Shown in pieces: positions 1 to 9,289 of a stretch of DNA of 64,000 bases. The position numbers and the translations under genes are program-made. Each line of letters begins with the position of its first letter. The first letter of the stretch is position 1. A model generated the notes under the pieces. That model was not told the origin of the DNA, ran no database searches, and saw only the letters and a program-made list of their open reading frames with translations. The stretch is from NCBI GenBank assembly GCA_038207335.1, contig JBBQZX010000010.1, forward strand, positions 64,001 to 128,000, in the 5' to 3' direction. The DNA is from Chthoniobacterales bacterium (lineage in GTDB: Bacteria; Verrucomicrobiota; Verrucomicrobiia; Chthoniobacterales; Chthoniobacteraceae).

Positions 1-589
1 CCGTCAGGTCGAACGTCACCCGCCGAATCAGCACCTCCCGCGAAGCCTCGGGCGCCGCCGTCAGCCCCTCCTTTTCCAGCCGCGCCGCGACGAACCCGTC
101 GATCGGATTCCCCCCACCTCCCGCCGGTTCGGCCGCGCGCAGCGGCTGAAACGCCCACCACTTCCGATCCTCCTCCGTGATCACCCCGCGCGGTGCCTTC
201 GCCTTGCCCGCCACCTCACCCGGCCACGGCGCGCCGAGCTTGATCCATTCCGTGATCGCAACGATCTCTGTATCCTGCAGCTTGTCTCCTTTCGGGGGCA
301 TTTTCGTGTCGTCATCGACTTGTCGGATCGCCTTCAGCAGCGGACTCGCGTCCGGCTTCCCGGGCTCCACCACCACGCCATCATCCCCGCCCGCAAGCAT
401 CGCCGCGCGCGAGTCGAGCAGCAGCCCGCCTTTGCTTTTTCCCGACGCATGGCTGTGGCATTTGAAACACCGCTCCTCCAGCACCGGCCGCACTTTGTCC
501 GTGAAAAGCGAATCTCCCTCCGCACCGCGTGCGGTGGAGAGGACGGCAGCAAAAACCAGATGAACGAGTGGGAGGAGAACGCGCTTCAT
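1..589 (-). CDS. Planctomycete-type cytochrome c (PSCyt1) + DUF1549/DUF1553-type protein, partial (runs off the window start)
   Basis: Manual translation from ATG 589: signal peptide MKRVLLPLVHLVFAAVLSTARG, then FTDKVRPVLEERCFKCH (CxxCH), GGLLLDS, KMPP, WIKLGAPWP, WWAFQP, NPIDGFV, LIRRVTFDLT. Confidence 0.9.
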   Translation of the reverse strand, partial: MKRVLLPLVHLVFAAVLSTARGAEGDSLFTDKVRPVLEERCFKCHSHASGKSKGGLLLDSRAAMLAGGDDGVVVEPGKPDASPLLKAIRQVDDDTKMPPKGDKLQDTEIVAITEWIKLGAPWPGEVAGKAKAPRGVITEEDRKWWAFQPLRAAEPAGGGGNPIDGFVAARLEKEGLTAAPEASREVLIRRVTFDLT

Positions 590-764
590 TTTCGCGCGAT
601 AGGATGCCGCGAAATACCGCGAGCGCAACGCAGAGAAGCCGCTTCTACCCAATCGGATAGGAAACCGGCCTGTCCCTCTCACTCCACGCCGGCCCTTCAA
701 TCCGCCAAAAACTCACGCTTGACCCACCCTCAAAACTCATCGACACATTTCGCCTCACGAAAAC

Positions 765-856
765 GGAAGGGTGGCTGAGCCCGGTTTAAGGCACTCGACT
801 CGAAATCGAACGAACGGTTAAACGTTCCGGGGGTTCGAATCCCCCCCCTTCCGCCA
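765..856 (+). tRNA. tRNA-Ser (anticodon CGA), long variable arm, CCA encoded
   Basis: GGAAGGG...CCCTTCC-G-CCA acceptor stem; anticodon loop CT-CGA-AA; variable arm GAACG-GTTAAA-CGTTC; GTTCGAATC T-loop. Confidence 0.96.
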
Positions 857-1684
857 GCTTTTCCTACAGAGGATGGCCGCACCCAGTCGAGCCAAAGTGA
901 GAATAGATTCCCGGACGTTTAAGGACGTTGGAGAGTTTGAAACGGTGCCGTTGCCGACGCCACCGAGTTCGATTGGCCCAGCCACGGCCAACTTTCGGCC
1001 TCATTCTCCGCGCGGCCAGATCCAAAGGCTGCGAAATTTTGCTTGCGAAATGTTCACCGATGTTCGGGGAAATTCACCGATGTCGTGGGTCCGCAAAATC
1101 GGCTCATTTTCAGCCGTATCAGCACCGCGCCGACCCCAACAAAACGCGTTGGCGGGCAAATTTGAGCGAGGCGTTTTTCGCCCCGCTCGTTCGCGCTCGG
1201 CATCATTTTCATGTGGACCCTGCGCGGAGATTTCGATGCGGCGATCACGGGCTCAACACGCCGCCGACGAGGAGGAGTGGAGGTGCCGAAGTTGAACTTG
1301 ATGAGCATCGAAGTCCGTGCAGTCACCTCGCCCAATTCTCCCGAAGTGAGGGCACAAGATCACGCGGACTTCATCCACAGGTAGAGCGATTCAACTTTCT
1401 TCAACCTCGGTGCTCGCCCGTCAGGAAAATGCGAGACTCGAAACGCGATTATTTAGCAAAGGCTAAAGAAAAGGCCGCCGCACTACTCCTTCGACAACCT
1501 GGAGGTCCAGTGCGTTTTAGGGACCTTTTCTGTAAGGCTATTGCGTTCCCACTCGTGACACCTCAGGCGCTGAATGATTGACTATGTGAAGATCTCAAAA
1601 CAGTGGTGAAAATTAGCCTTGCCGATGACAATCCCTCGAAGCCTTCTCGCCGCAGGTTGACACGGAAAAGGAAGATTTGTCACC

Positions 1685-1900
1685 TTGCTAGACGCCATCG
1701 CTTTGGAGCAGGCCCTTAAACCCACCCCTTTGCCAACAACAAGCAAACCTCTTTTGACGCTTGCCTGCTACGAATGCCAGCTCGGAAACATGGATGAGGC
1801 AAAACGCAAACTGATAAGAGCCTTCGCGCTGGATGCAAGATTCAAGCTACTGGCTGTGGATGATGAGGATTTGAGGCCGATGTGGACTGCATTGACGTGA
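1685..1900 (+). pseudogene. Truncated TPR protein (C-terminal TPR end only)
   Basis: LACYECQLGNMDEAKRKLIRAFALDARFKLLAVDDEDLRPMW resembles a TPR-end motif. There is no convincing N-terminus. The stop overlaps the next start (GTGA). Confidence 0.55.
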
Positions 1901-2349
1901 AACGAAAACACAACCGGGGGCTGCTGGTAGTTGCGGTGTTCAAGATTGCCAAAGGTCTCATGCTTCTCGTCCTCGGACTGGGAATGCTTCGCCTCCTACA
2001 CAAGGACTTCGAGGACGTGTTTGAGGGTTGGATCAACTTGTTTCGCATTGATCCAAACAACCATTACGTCGCCTCTCTCCTCGCAAAAACTGGCCTCGTC
2101 GATGATCGCAAGTTGGAACAGCTCAGCGCCCTCACCTTGATGTATGCAGGACTATTTCTGACCGAAGGATTTGGCCTCTACATGGAGAAACGCTGGGCCG
2201 AATGGCTCAGCGTCATTGCCACTGCCTCATTTCTCCCCATCGAGATTTTCGAAGTGGTGAAGCACTTTTCAATTATCAAGGTGTGCCTTTTGATCGTGAA
2301 TCTCGCAGTCGTGTGGTTTCTGGTCCACACGTTGCGTCGGAAAGATTGA
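1897..2349 (+). CDS. DUF2127-family membrane protein
   Basis: VAVFKIAKG...LTEGFGLYMEKRWAEWLSVIATASFLPIEIFE...LIVNLAVVWFL; about four hydrophobic segments. Confidence 0.85.
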   Translation: MKRKHNRGLLVVAVFKIAKGLMLLVLGLGMLRLLHKDFEDVFEGWINLFRIDPNNHYVASLLAKTGLVDDRKLEQLSALTLMYAGLFLTEGFGLYMEKRWAEWLSVIATASFLPIEIFEVVKHFSIIKVCLLIVNLAVVWFLVHTLRRKD

Positions 2350-2479
2350 CTCAGAGATTTCTCGGCAGGATTCCTTCAATCGTCATCGGCGCACAGCTCT
2401 CCGGTCGATTGTTGACGTAGAAGTAGCGTCTGCATTTTCCACCTTGCAGTTTCGAGGCTGTGTGGTAACCATGCCAATC

Positions 2480-2605
2480 ATGGGCGACAAATCACCAAAA
2501 GCGACGAACAAACAAGCTGCCCAAAAGCAGGCAAAGGCGAACACTAACTCTCAGAAGAAAAACAAAGCAGCAGCAGCGAAACAGGCTGTTAAGCCCAAGA
2601 AATAA
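2480..2605 (+). CDS. Small basic Lys/Ala/Gln-rich protein (41 aa; alternative start 2471)
   Basis: MGDKSPKATNKQAAQKQAKANTNSQKKNKAAAAKQAVKPKK*; not in the ORF track; followed by a terminator. Confidence 0.6.
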   Translation: MGDKSPKATNKQAAQKQAKANTNSQKKNKAAAAKQAVKPKK

Positions 2606-2666
2606 TTTGGTAGACGACAGGCCAGTGTGACCGACGAAGACCGGTTATCGTCAGTTAGCGCAACGG

Positions 2667-2699
2667 AAAAGCCGCACAGATTGCTCCATGCGGCTTTTT
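2667..2699. terminator. Bidirectional intrinsic terminator
   Basis: AAAAGCCGCA...TGCGGCTTTTT between convergent genes. Confidence 0.8.
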
Positions 2700-2721
2700 A
2701 AGATTTGGAGAGAGACTGAGC

Positions 2722-3078
2722 CTACTTTTTCTCCTTCTTGTCGGCCGCTGCTTCCTTCGCTTGATCCTTTGGTGTCTCTACTTCCGTGGAGACGATCTTT
2801 CCGGTCTTCGCATCGACCTGAACCTCGGTGATGTTCTTGGACTTGGGCAACGCGATGTCGAATGACCAGATCAATTTGCCATTCTCTTTTTCGAGTTCGG
2901 TAGATTTGACCTTTCCTTCGGGCACCTTGGCGAGAGCGGTCTTTGTGGCTTCCGCCTGCGAGATCTTCGCCTGTGCCTTGAGTTCAGTCTGCGACTCTTC
3001 GGCAATCGACGTGGCGGCAATGCTGAATGCAGCAACGAATGAAACGGCCCGCATGGTTTGCAGTAATTTTGATTTCAT
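2722..3078 (-). CDS. Secreted PepSY-domain protein
   Basis: Signal peptide, then ISQAEATKTALAKVPEGKVKSTELEKENGKLIWSFDI...EVQVDAKTGKIV. Confidence 0.88.
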   Translation of the reverse strand: MKSKLLQTMRAVSFVAAFSIAATSIAEESQTELKAQAKISQAEATKTALAKVPEGKVKSTELEKENGKLIWSFDIALPKSKNITEVQVDAKTGKIVSTEVETPKDQAKEAAADKKEKK

Positions 3079-3286
3079 GTGTGTTTGTGTGTCTAGACCC
3101 GCGTCCATGCTCGGGATGAGCTAGTTGGAGTGCAGGCTAACACAAATACTGACTCAGGAGCGACAGGGAAGAGCAGACTTAGTGACAGTCACGTAACGGA
3201 GCACTTCCCGAGTTTTCTTCCGAAGATCGTAATCAGCAGAGAGCCGCACAAATATTCCATGCCGCTCTTTGAGGTTAATAATGAGA

Positions 3287-3644
3287 CTACTTGAGCAGCG
3301 TCACCGAAGGCCAGCGCGCTTTCCCGCCGAGCTTGAGAAGATGAGGATTGGCGCTGGCGAGCACCTTGATGTTGGCGAGGTCGTAGCCTTCCTTGCGAAT
3401 GCCAATGGTCTTGTCTGGCGTGCTCTCCAGCAACTCCTTCAATTCTTGGAGTGATGGTGATTTGCCAGCGGCTTTCGGTGCGTTGGACGTGTCAGATTGC
3501 CAGTGAAACGTGCGAGCTCTGCGTCAACGCTGGCGAGCTCCCGGCTTAGAGTGTTGCGCTTCTACGTGAGTTCTGTGATTGCGTTATTTCCGCCGTGGCG
3601 ATTTAGGATTTGAGGTCGTTGATTCGGTCGAGTGATGTGGACAT
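3287..3644 (-). pseudogene. Pseudogene of a ~118-aa coiled-coil + small basic domain protein
   Basis: Reconstruction: MSTSLDRINDLKS*IATAE/NAITELT*KRNTLSRELASVDAELARFTGN/KAAGKSPSLQELKELLESTPDKTIGIRKEGYDLANIKVLASANPHLLKLGGKARWPSVTLLK; two in-frame stops and two frameshifts. Confidence 0.6.
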
Positions 3645-3696
3645 TTGGTGGGCAAGAAAGATACGGTTTTCCTGTATGGGTCATTTTAGAACTCAA

Positions 3697-4208
3697 CTAT
3701 GACGCGTGTGACGCAGGGGTCCTAAACGCGACTGAGACGTAGCCGCAAAATAAAACTAGCAACAGCATGCTGCATCCGACGCCGAAACGGACTCTTCCGC
3801 CTATTCCAACGTTCGACCAGAATAGCGAAACTAGCCCATCCCGTGAGTGCCCGAAGGCCAAAACATTTGGTTGTTCACTAAGGTATGTTACCGCCCGCAC
3901 TTCATCGAGGGCTAACTTCTGATCCACCCATTTAATGTGGCCATCGTATTCGAGCTTGGATGCCTGCTCACTTCGCACCTGCCTTTGTTGCTTCGGCTAT
4001 GGCGAGTCACGGTATCCGTCACCCGTGCGACTCCGTCAACCCCGTGATTTGATACTCTGCAGATAATCCCAACATTTTCGGAGAATCCGGATAGGGGCAA
4101 CCAGGACAGGAATCCGAGAAACAGGGCCACGGCAAGGGAAAGACCACGTTGCAGAAAGGTAAACCTATCGTCGGCATCCTGTTCATCGGGTGCTGCGTTG
4201 ATGTTCAT
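3697..4208 (-). pseudogene. Frameshifted two-TM membrane protein (DUF3592-like topology)
   Basis: ORFs 3912-4208 and 3697-3978 overlap in different frames and together give TM - beta-rich loop - TM; shift near 3980-3990. Confidence 0.5.
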
Positions 4209-4259
4209 AAATGGGCAGTTGATGCGCGTGTCCCGGAAAGTTCGGCATTCTCTTAGTCG

Positions 4260-4850
4260 TCAAAAGTGATAGGTCAGCACGTTGTTCGTCTCCGCAACCA
4301 GTCCCTTGACGATCAATGATTCCACGATTCGATGGATCTCAGCCTCTTCCAGCTTCTTCTGAAAGATTGAAGCGATGTGCTGATGCAGAGTCTTCCGCCT
4401 TCTCGGTCTTGATTTCTTATCGATCTTGGAAAGCACCTCGAAAGCTCTCGTGAAGTGAGGATCAATGGGAGCAGCAACGATAGCAGCAAAATCAGAAATC
4501 CGTCGGCACTGACCGCCAGATTCAGCGATGTGCTTTAGGAGAGGGTCGAAGCCTTTGTCCTTGGAGAGAATGAAGAACTCAGCATTCGGAGTCTCCATGG
4601 CCAGACCACCCAGGTAGTAGGCGAGGTGGAAATCAAGATTGTTCCGACCATCACCCTCAATCTTGATCCACTCGAGTCGATTTCCCAACCGTTGAGCATC
4701 ACTGGCAAGTTGGAATGGGATGGTGTTCTGCGTGCGGCCGATGAATATTTTCACCTTCCAGTCATCAGGAACACGCGAAAGAGCCATCTCTCGAACGTTC
4801 TCGAAATCAACCAGGAGGAATGTGGAGGACGTGGATGAGCTTGCGATCAC
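4260..4850 (-). CDS. PIN/NYN-like domain protein (PIN7-like) with small C-terminal helical domain
   Basis: LLVDFENV, GRNNLDFHLAYYLG and ILSKDKGFDPLL acidic PIN motifs; C-terminal SRPRRRKTLHQHI. Confidence 0.85.
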   Translation of the reverse strand: MIASSSTSSTFLLVDFENVREMALSRVPDDWKVKIFIGRTQNTIPFQLASDAQRLGNRLEWIKIEGDGRNNLDFHLAYYLGGLAMETPNAEFFILSKDKGFDPLLKHIAESGGQCRRISDFAAIVAAPIDPHFTRAFEVLSKIDKKSRPRRRKTLHQHIASIFQKKLEEAEIHRIVESLIVKGLVAETNNVLTYHF

Positions 4851-4894
4851 TACTTGATCCGTTTGATTCTTCTACTTCGACCATGCGACCTACG

Positions 4895-5469
4895 TCAGTA
4901 ATCGAGATTCGCGCCGAAGTCTGGAACTTTGCCGTCGTCGATGTCCGTTTTCCATTGGTCCAGCTTGCCGTCCTGCAGCTTCCAAAACGTTCGGCACAGT
5001 TCAAAGTATTGAAGAACAACGCCTGCTCGCCTTTCGCCAGAAGATCCTTTGCCAGCGTCATGTTCGGACCGAATGAGTTCATCTGTGGACTGCCGGGAGA
5101 TTTGCCCGCCGCAAGTAACCTTGCTTTTGCAGCTTCCACTTCACCCGACTTGAGTTTGAGCCGGCCCAGGACAATATTGATGTCCTGCACAGCGTTGCCG
5201 TAGTTCCAGTCACTTTTGTATTTGGGGGCGAGCCCTTCTAGCTCAAGAGCAAAAGCCTTGGCCTCTGCATCCTTTCCCACCCTGATGCTCTCCTTGGCAG
5301 CACGCCCGAGGGTGCACCAACGGCTGTATTCATCCTTCGATTCGTTCAACTTCGCCATGGCCTTTCCATACCTTCCTCCCTCGATGACGGATTGAGCAGG
5401 TGGTGGTTCGGATCTCGCCATGCTGTGACAGGTGAGAAGAAGGATGAGGGCCAGCAACGGTTGTTTCAT
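4895..5469 (-). pseudogene. Secreted TPR-like hypothetical protein with a 1-nt frameshift near 5021
   Basis: Signal peptide MKQPLLALILLL...; DWNYGNA...SFGPNMTLAKDLLAKGEQ continues in another frame as VVLQYFELCRTFWKLQDGKLDQWKTDIDDGKVPDFGANLDY* (stop 4895-4897). This also removes the overlap with the PIN gene. Confidence 0.7.
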
Positions 5470-5659
5470 CGTGGGTGGCAGCAGAGGAACTCTCATCGGA
5501 GCGTGAAGTCAATCAGCTTGGTCTTCCAATGGATGATCCTCTGCGCCATACTCTGGGATGGCCCTTAATCGCACAGAACTGAGCGCTGTGACTTCGACGG
5601 GAATCTGAAAGAGGGTTCCCTGCCCTTTACGCGATTTTACTCGTCGCGACACTCCACTC

Positions 5660-6157
5660 TTAGGCAGTGTCGTCCGTTTCAAACGTGCTCTTCAGAAATG
5701 TTAAAATAGCTGTCTTCTCATTCCGACCAAGCCACCACCCAAGCTTGACCAGGGCAACGCCGAAGACTGCCATGCCAGCGGGAATCACAAGGTCGAGAAC
5801 CGAGCTGCTCTGAACGCTTCTCTGCCGAAACTGAACTGCAGTGAGTATCATCACAGAGAAGAAGGCGAGAAACGAGAACCACACAAACATGAAAATCTTC
5901 ACAAGCGGGTGCATCCTGAATTCCCCCTCGATGCTTGTGCCATCTTCAGAGGCTACAAATCGCCCGAAGAAGAAGGGAGCGAATGAGTTTCGGTAGTAAC
6001 GCCGCTTCTGAAGTCGGAAACCGGTTTCGCGAACCTTCCCGAGAATTGGCCTGGAACCAGCGTAGCCATTCCATGAAAACCCTACTCTCTCAACATCTAC
6101 GCTCGATGCCAGGCGATCCCGGCATTCCTCGATTGCAAGTCGCGAGTGCAATGTCAT
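5660..6157 (-). CDS. Hypothetical membrane protein (soluble N-domain + 2 TM)
   Basis: 165-aa ORF with protein-like composition and two C-terminal hydrophobic helices. Confidence 0.7.
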   Translation of the reverse strand: MTLHSRLAIEECRDRLASSVDVERVGFSWNGYAGSRPILGKVRETGFRLQKRRYYRNSFAPFFFGRFVASEDGTSIEGEFRMHPLVKIFMFVWFSFLAFFSVMILTAVQFRQRSVQSSSVLDLVIPAGMAVFGVALVKLGWWLGRNEKTAILTFLKSTFETDDTA

Positions 6158-6199
6158 GGGCGTGTGGTGAGGCCAAGGGGAGGAATCTGCCGTGAACGA

Positions 6200-6640
6200 T
6201 CAAAGAACTGAATCTTGAGACGGCCCCTGACGAGATTCCATCTCCGCAAGTTGTCGGCGTGCCAGCTTGCCAAGCCAGGGGATCTCCCACTCCACATTGG
6301 AAAAGGCTTTCACAATGGTGATGATGTAAACGATCAGCCACACTAAGTCGAAGGCCCAATGGAGGAGACTGACGAGAATACCCATGAGTCCACCGATGAG
6401 GGGCAGATGTCCAAGCGCAATATGGGCTATGGTGAAGAAAATGGTGGCAGCGAACGCGAGCACTCCAAGGAAGATCGCTTGCATGGCCCAGAACCGGATG
6501 AATTCGTCCTTTTTTTCGAGCACGAAAAATACGACGCCCCCGAGAATGGAGAAGATGCAGGCGAGTCCAGCAGCGACATTTCGTGACAGCCCGCTAGTGA
6601 TCGGTTGGATTGGCTCGGGAGGTGTAGTTGGCTCTGACAT
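6200..6640 (-). CDS. DUF4870-like membrane protein
   Basis: GLSRNVAAGLAC...FFVLEKKDEFIRFWAMQAI...KAFSNVEWEIPWLGKLA. Confidence 0.8.
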   Translation of the reverse strand: MSEPTTPPEPIQPITSGLSRNVAAGLACIFSILGGVVFFVLEKKDEFIRFWAMQAIFLGVLAFAATIFFTIAHIALGHLPLIGGLMGILVSLLHWAFDLVWLIVYIITIVKAFSNVEWEIPWLGKLARRQLAEMESRQGPSQDSVL

Positions 6641-6815
6641 GAATGTTGAGAATGCTGTCGCGCGAAAACTGGCCTGTCAAGGCTGAGGCTGCGCTGATCC
6701 ATCGACAGATCAAGAAGATGCGCGGAACAACGCGTGGCGGAGAGGTATATCCTCTGACCTATGCTGTGCCGTCGCTAATGAATGAAGGAATGAACGTATC
6801 TACAATGCCCTGCGC

Positions 6816-7879
6816 CTACTCACAATTGACCGTGATGGTGTCGATGAGATCTTCGAGACTCAATTTTGCAGCCGAATCGGCCTCAGCAGTCGTGCGGAGG
6901 CTTGTAGGGGTTGTGCAACTGAGTCCCATGACAGAAGCCTCAGGAACACGCAAACCAAGTCCTACCCAGCCTGCTGTTTGCTTCCCATTGCGACCTCGAA
7001 CATCACGTCGAACGCCACACCCAAAAGCCACACGGACCACCTCAGCGGCCAGCGAGGCAAACTCCTGCCGAGATAGCGGAGCGAGCGTATTGAGCCTGCA
7101 GAAAGTGAAGTAGTGATGAAACGCATCGGTGACCGTGATGGCGCTCGAATCGATCTTGATCAGCTCCTTCTCCACGAACAGCTCGTAGGGCGCTTTGGCT
7201 GTGGACTCGATGATCCTTCCGTCGATCATGCGGCGTTTTCCCTTGTCGCCAGAGAAGAATGAGCTGTCAGCCGACAGCAATGCGCGAGCACGTCTGATCA
7301 CAGAATTCAAGATCTTCATGTCACGGAATTTGGTGAAGCGGCGCAACCTCGAACAAACTTCCAGATTCTTGCTCGCATCTTATCAGATATGAAGAAAGCA
7401 GCGCAGAGAGCTTCGCTTCGCTCGTGGGACAGGAGCAGCCCAGCCGGGGATCAAAGAAGTAGAATACTCCCTCTGGTTGGTAGAAGACTAGACCGTGGCC
7501 GAGATGTCTGTCACCTCCCAGAGCATGCCGATGGTGCGAAGGATCGACAACCTGCACTCGGATTCCTTGAATCGTGAGAGCATTGTCGCTTGAGGTTGCT
7601 GCTGGATAATCTGCCGCCGCTTCGGCTTCTGGATTTCTGAGGCAGGCACACCCTCATCGAATAGCTGGTAGCTCAATGCTTCCTGCTCGGTGAAATTAGC
7701 TCGGCGTAGAACTTAAACGGCTCGGAAAAAACAAAACCTGCGTCTGTATTTGCGAGCTCGCAATAATAAAATCCCGGATTTGAGTTGTCTTCGATGCGCT
7801 CGACGGCAAAAATTTTCATTCCATTTTCCCGCTGCTCAAAACCAATGGTCGAGAGACGATAGCCCAGCGTTCTCAGCAT
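6816..7879 (-). pseudogene. Fragmented phage/plasmid primase-associated (D5-like) replication protein
   Basis: Consecutive overlapping short ORFs (7673-7879, 7488-7676, 7321-7557, 6816-7346). The C-terminal piece ITVTDAFHHYFTFCRLNTLAPLSRQEF...GWVGLGL resembles the winged helix after D5/P4 primase-helicases. Confidence 0.5.
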
Positions 7880-7967
7880 CTTCCGGTTGATCAGTCGCGG
7901 CCTTTTTTTGCAGACTCAGAACGATGTGAGGCTGCGTCTTGCTTTACTTTGGTGGAAGTGCTCATGA

Positions 7968-8336
7968 TTATTCCGCTTCTTGCTGTTGGCTGATTTCACG
8001 AAGTGGCCGAATGCCAGCGATCCTACAAAACGGACGGTAATGCTTGCCGCGTGCTCCGGGCCTGTGTCTTATCAAGAAATTTGCGCGCTTCCCGATGAGT
8101 TTGTTCAAATCAAGAGCACCTCTGTCATTGATGAACTTATTGATCTCGTTTCCGAGCCAGCTTGATAGGAACTCCCTCAAGTCATCCGAGTGATCATCCA
8201 TGCAAAAGGTCCGCGCAGCAGCATCTTGGTGTAGATCGCGTGGATCGCAATCGATGTAGAACGTTAAGCGTGCCTGCTCAGTGCAAGAACACTGCGTTCC
8301 CTTTGAACTCGGCCCGTAGTTGATGTGGGTGTGCAT
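7968..8336 (-). CDS. Hypothetical protein, phage SSB/replication-like C-terminus (possibly truncated)
   Basis: LREFLSSWLG...LDLNKLIGKRANFLIRH...FCRIAGIRPL resembles OB-fold phage replication/SSB-like proteins; start uncertain. Confidence 0.45.
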   Translation of the reverse strand: MHTHINYGPSSKGTQCSCTEQARLTFYIDCDPRDLHQDAAARTFCMDDHSDDLREFLSSWLGNEINKFINDRGALDLNKLIGKRANFLIRHRPGARGKHYRPFCRIAGIRPLREISQQQEAE

Positions 8337-8349
8337 GGTGCATTTGGAT

Positions 8350-8901
8350 CTACCTGGTCCTCGTCGGCTTATTCGGGAACCTTGCGGACTCGGTGGGCTC
8401 TGACACAATCGACCATTCCTTTTCGTAATAATCCAATCTCAACGGCAAAGGCGAATGGCGGAGTTGTTCGAGGATTGGTCCGAGGGTGCTCATGGGGAAG
8501 TAGAGGACGAAGTATCCTCCCTTGTAACCTCCCGGCTGAGCCCTCGAAGAGGGAAACGTGAGGTTCCACGAGTCCAGATTTACCGGTACGGACTCGATGC
8601 TGTCCTTGAAATACAGTTCCGCAACAAGGCCGGGTGCAGATCCGAATAATGTGATTTTTGCACGAAAATCCCCGTGGCCGTACTTGCCGCCCCACACTTG
8701 GTTGAGCGCAAAACCACTCAACAGAATAGCGGGATTGGGCGGGAGATCCTTGTCGGTCATGGCCCGTATCCGCACCGGACGCCCAATCTTCGGACTAGCG
8801 GGCGGCGGCCTGCGTTCTCGCATTGAGGGTATGGCGCATCCGCTCAAAAGGCAGCTAGCGGCAAGCACGCAGGTGAAGAGCAAACGAGTGGATATGTTCA
8901 T
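8350..8901 (-). CDS. Hypothetical lipoprotein
   Basis: [22 protein letters not shown] lipobox-like N-terminus. Confidence 0.65.
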   Translation of the reverse strand: MNISTRLLFTCVLAASCLLSGCAIPSMRERRPPPASPKIGRPVRIRAMTDKDLPPNPAILLSGFALNQVWGGKYGHGDFRAKITLFGSAPGLVAELYFKDSIESVPVNLDSWNLTFPSSRAQPGGYKGGYFVLYFPMSTLGPILEQLRHSPLPLRLDYYEKEWSIVSEPTESARFPNKPTRTR

Positions 8902-9116
8902 GTGTGGATCAGGCTTTCGGGAATCGCTTTCAGGCGGAAAACTTCTCCCCTTCCCGGTGCGGGCTGCTCGCCCGCCGCGCCCACGGTCATGGCGATGCGG
9001 ACCGCCGCGCCATCCACGGTGTCCACCCAAGGATGATCCCGGATGGCAAAAAGGAGACAGAGGGGCCGAACTGGGGAAAGAGGAGGTGGGGGTGCGTCTC
9101 TGTGGCTACAGAGAGA

Positions 9117-9179
9117 TGACGCAAGCCCTCTGTCGGGTGACGCAAGCCTTCCGTTGGGTGACGCGAACCATCGGTCAGG
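9117..9179. repeat. Three degenerate 21-bp tandem repeats
   Basis: TGACGCAAGCCCTCTGTCGGG / TGACGCAAGCCTTCCGTTGGG / TGACGCGAACCATCGGTCAGG. Confidence 0.85.
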
Positions 9180-9289
9180 GCACTCGGGCTCTCTGATGGG
9201 GCACGAAAAGGCGGAGTTTCTCGATGTAGCGGCGCTGTGGCCCCCCCATCGAGGTGCGCTTGCACCACCCTCCGGTTGAAGGTCTGGCG

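Noticed and set aside
719..749. Sigma70 promoter for tRNA-Ser
   Set aside because: TTGACC -35 is present but there is no convincing -10 at 16-18 nt spacing.
873..1581. ORFs after tRNA-Ser as a possible integrase
   Set aside because: No tyrosine (R-H-x-x-R-Y) or serine recombinase motifs; translations are not protein-like.
3697..6640. Run of small co-oriented genes as an integron cassette array
   Set aside because: No attC-like RYYYAAC...GTTRRRY palindromes in the spacers and no intI.
9117..9179. 21-bp repeats as a CRISPR array
   Set aside because: Units are contiguous with no spacers; no cas genes.
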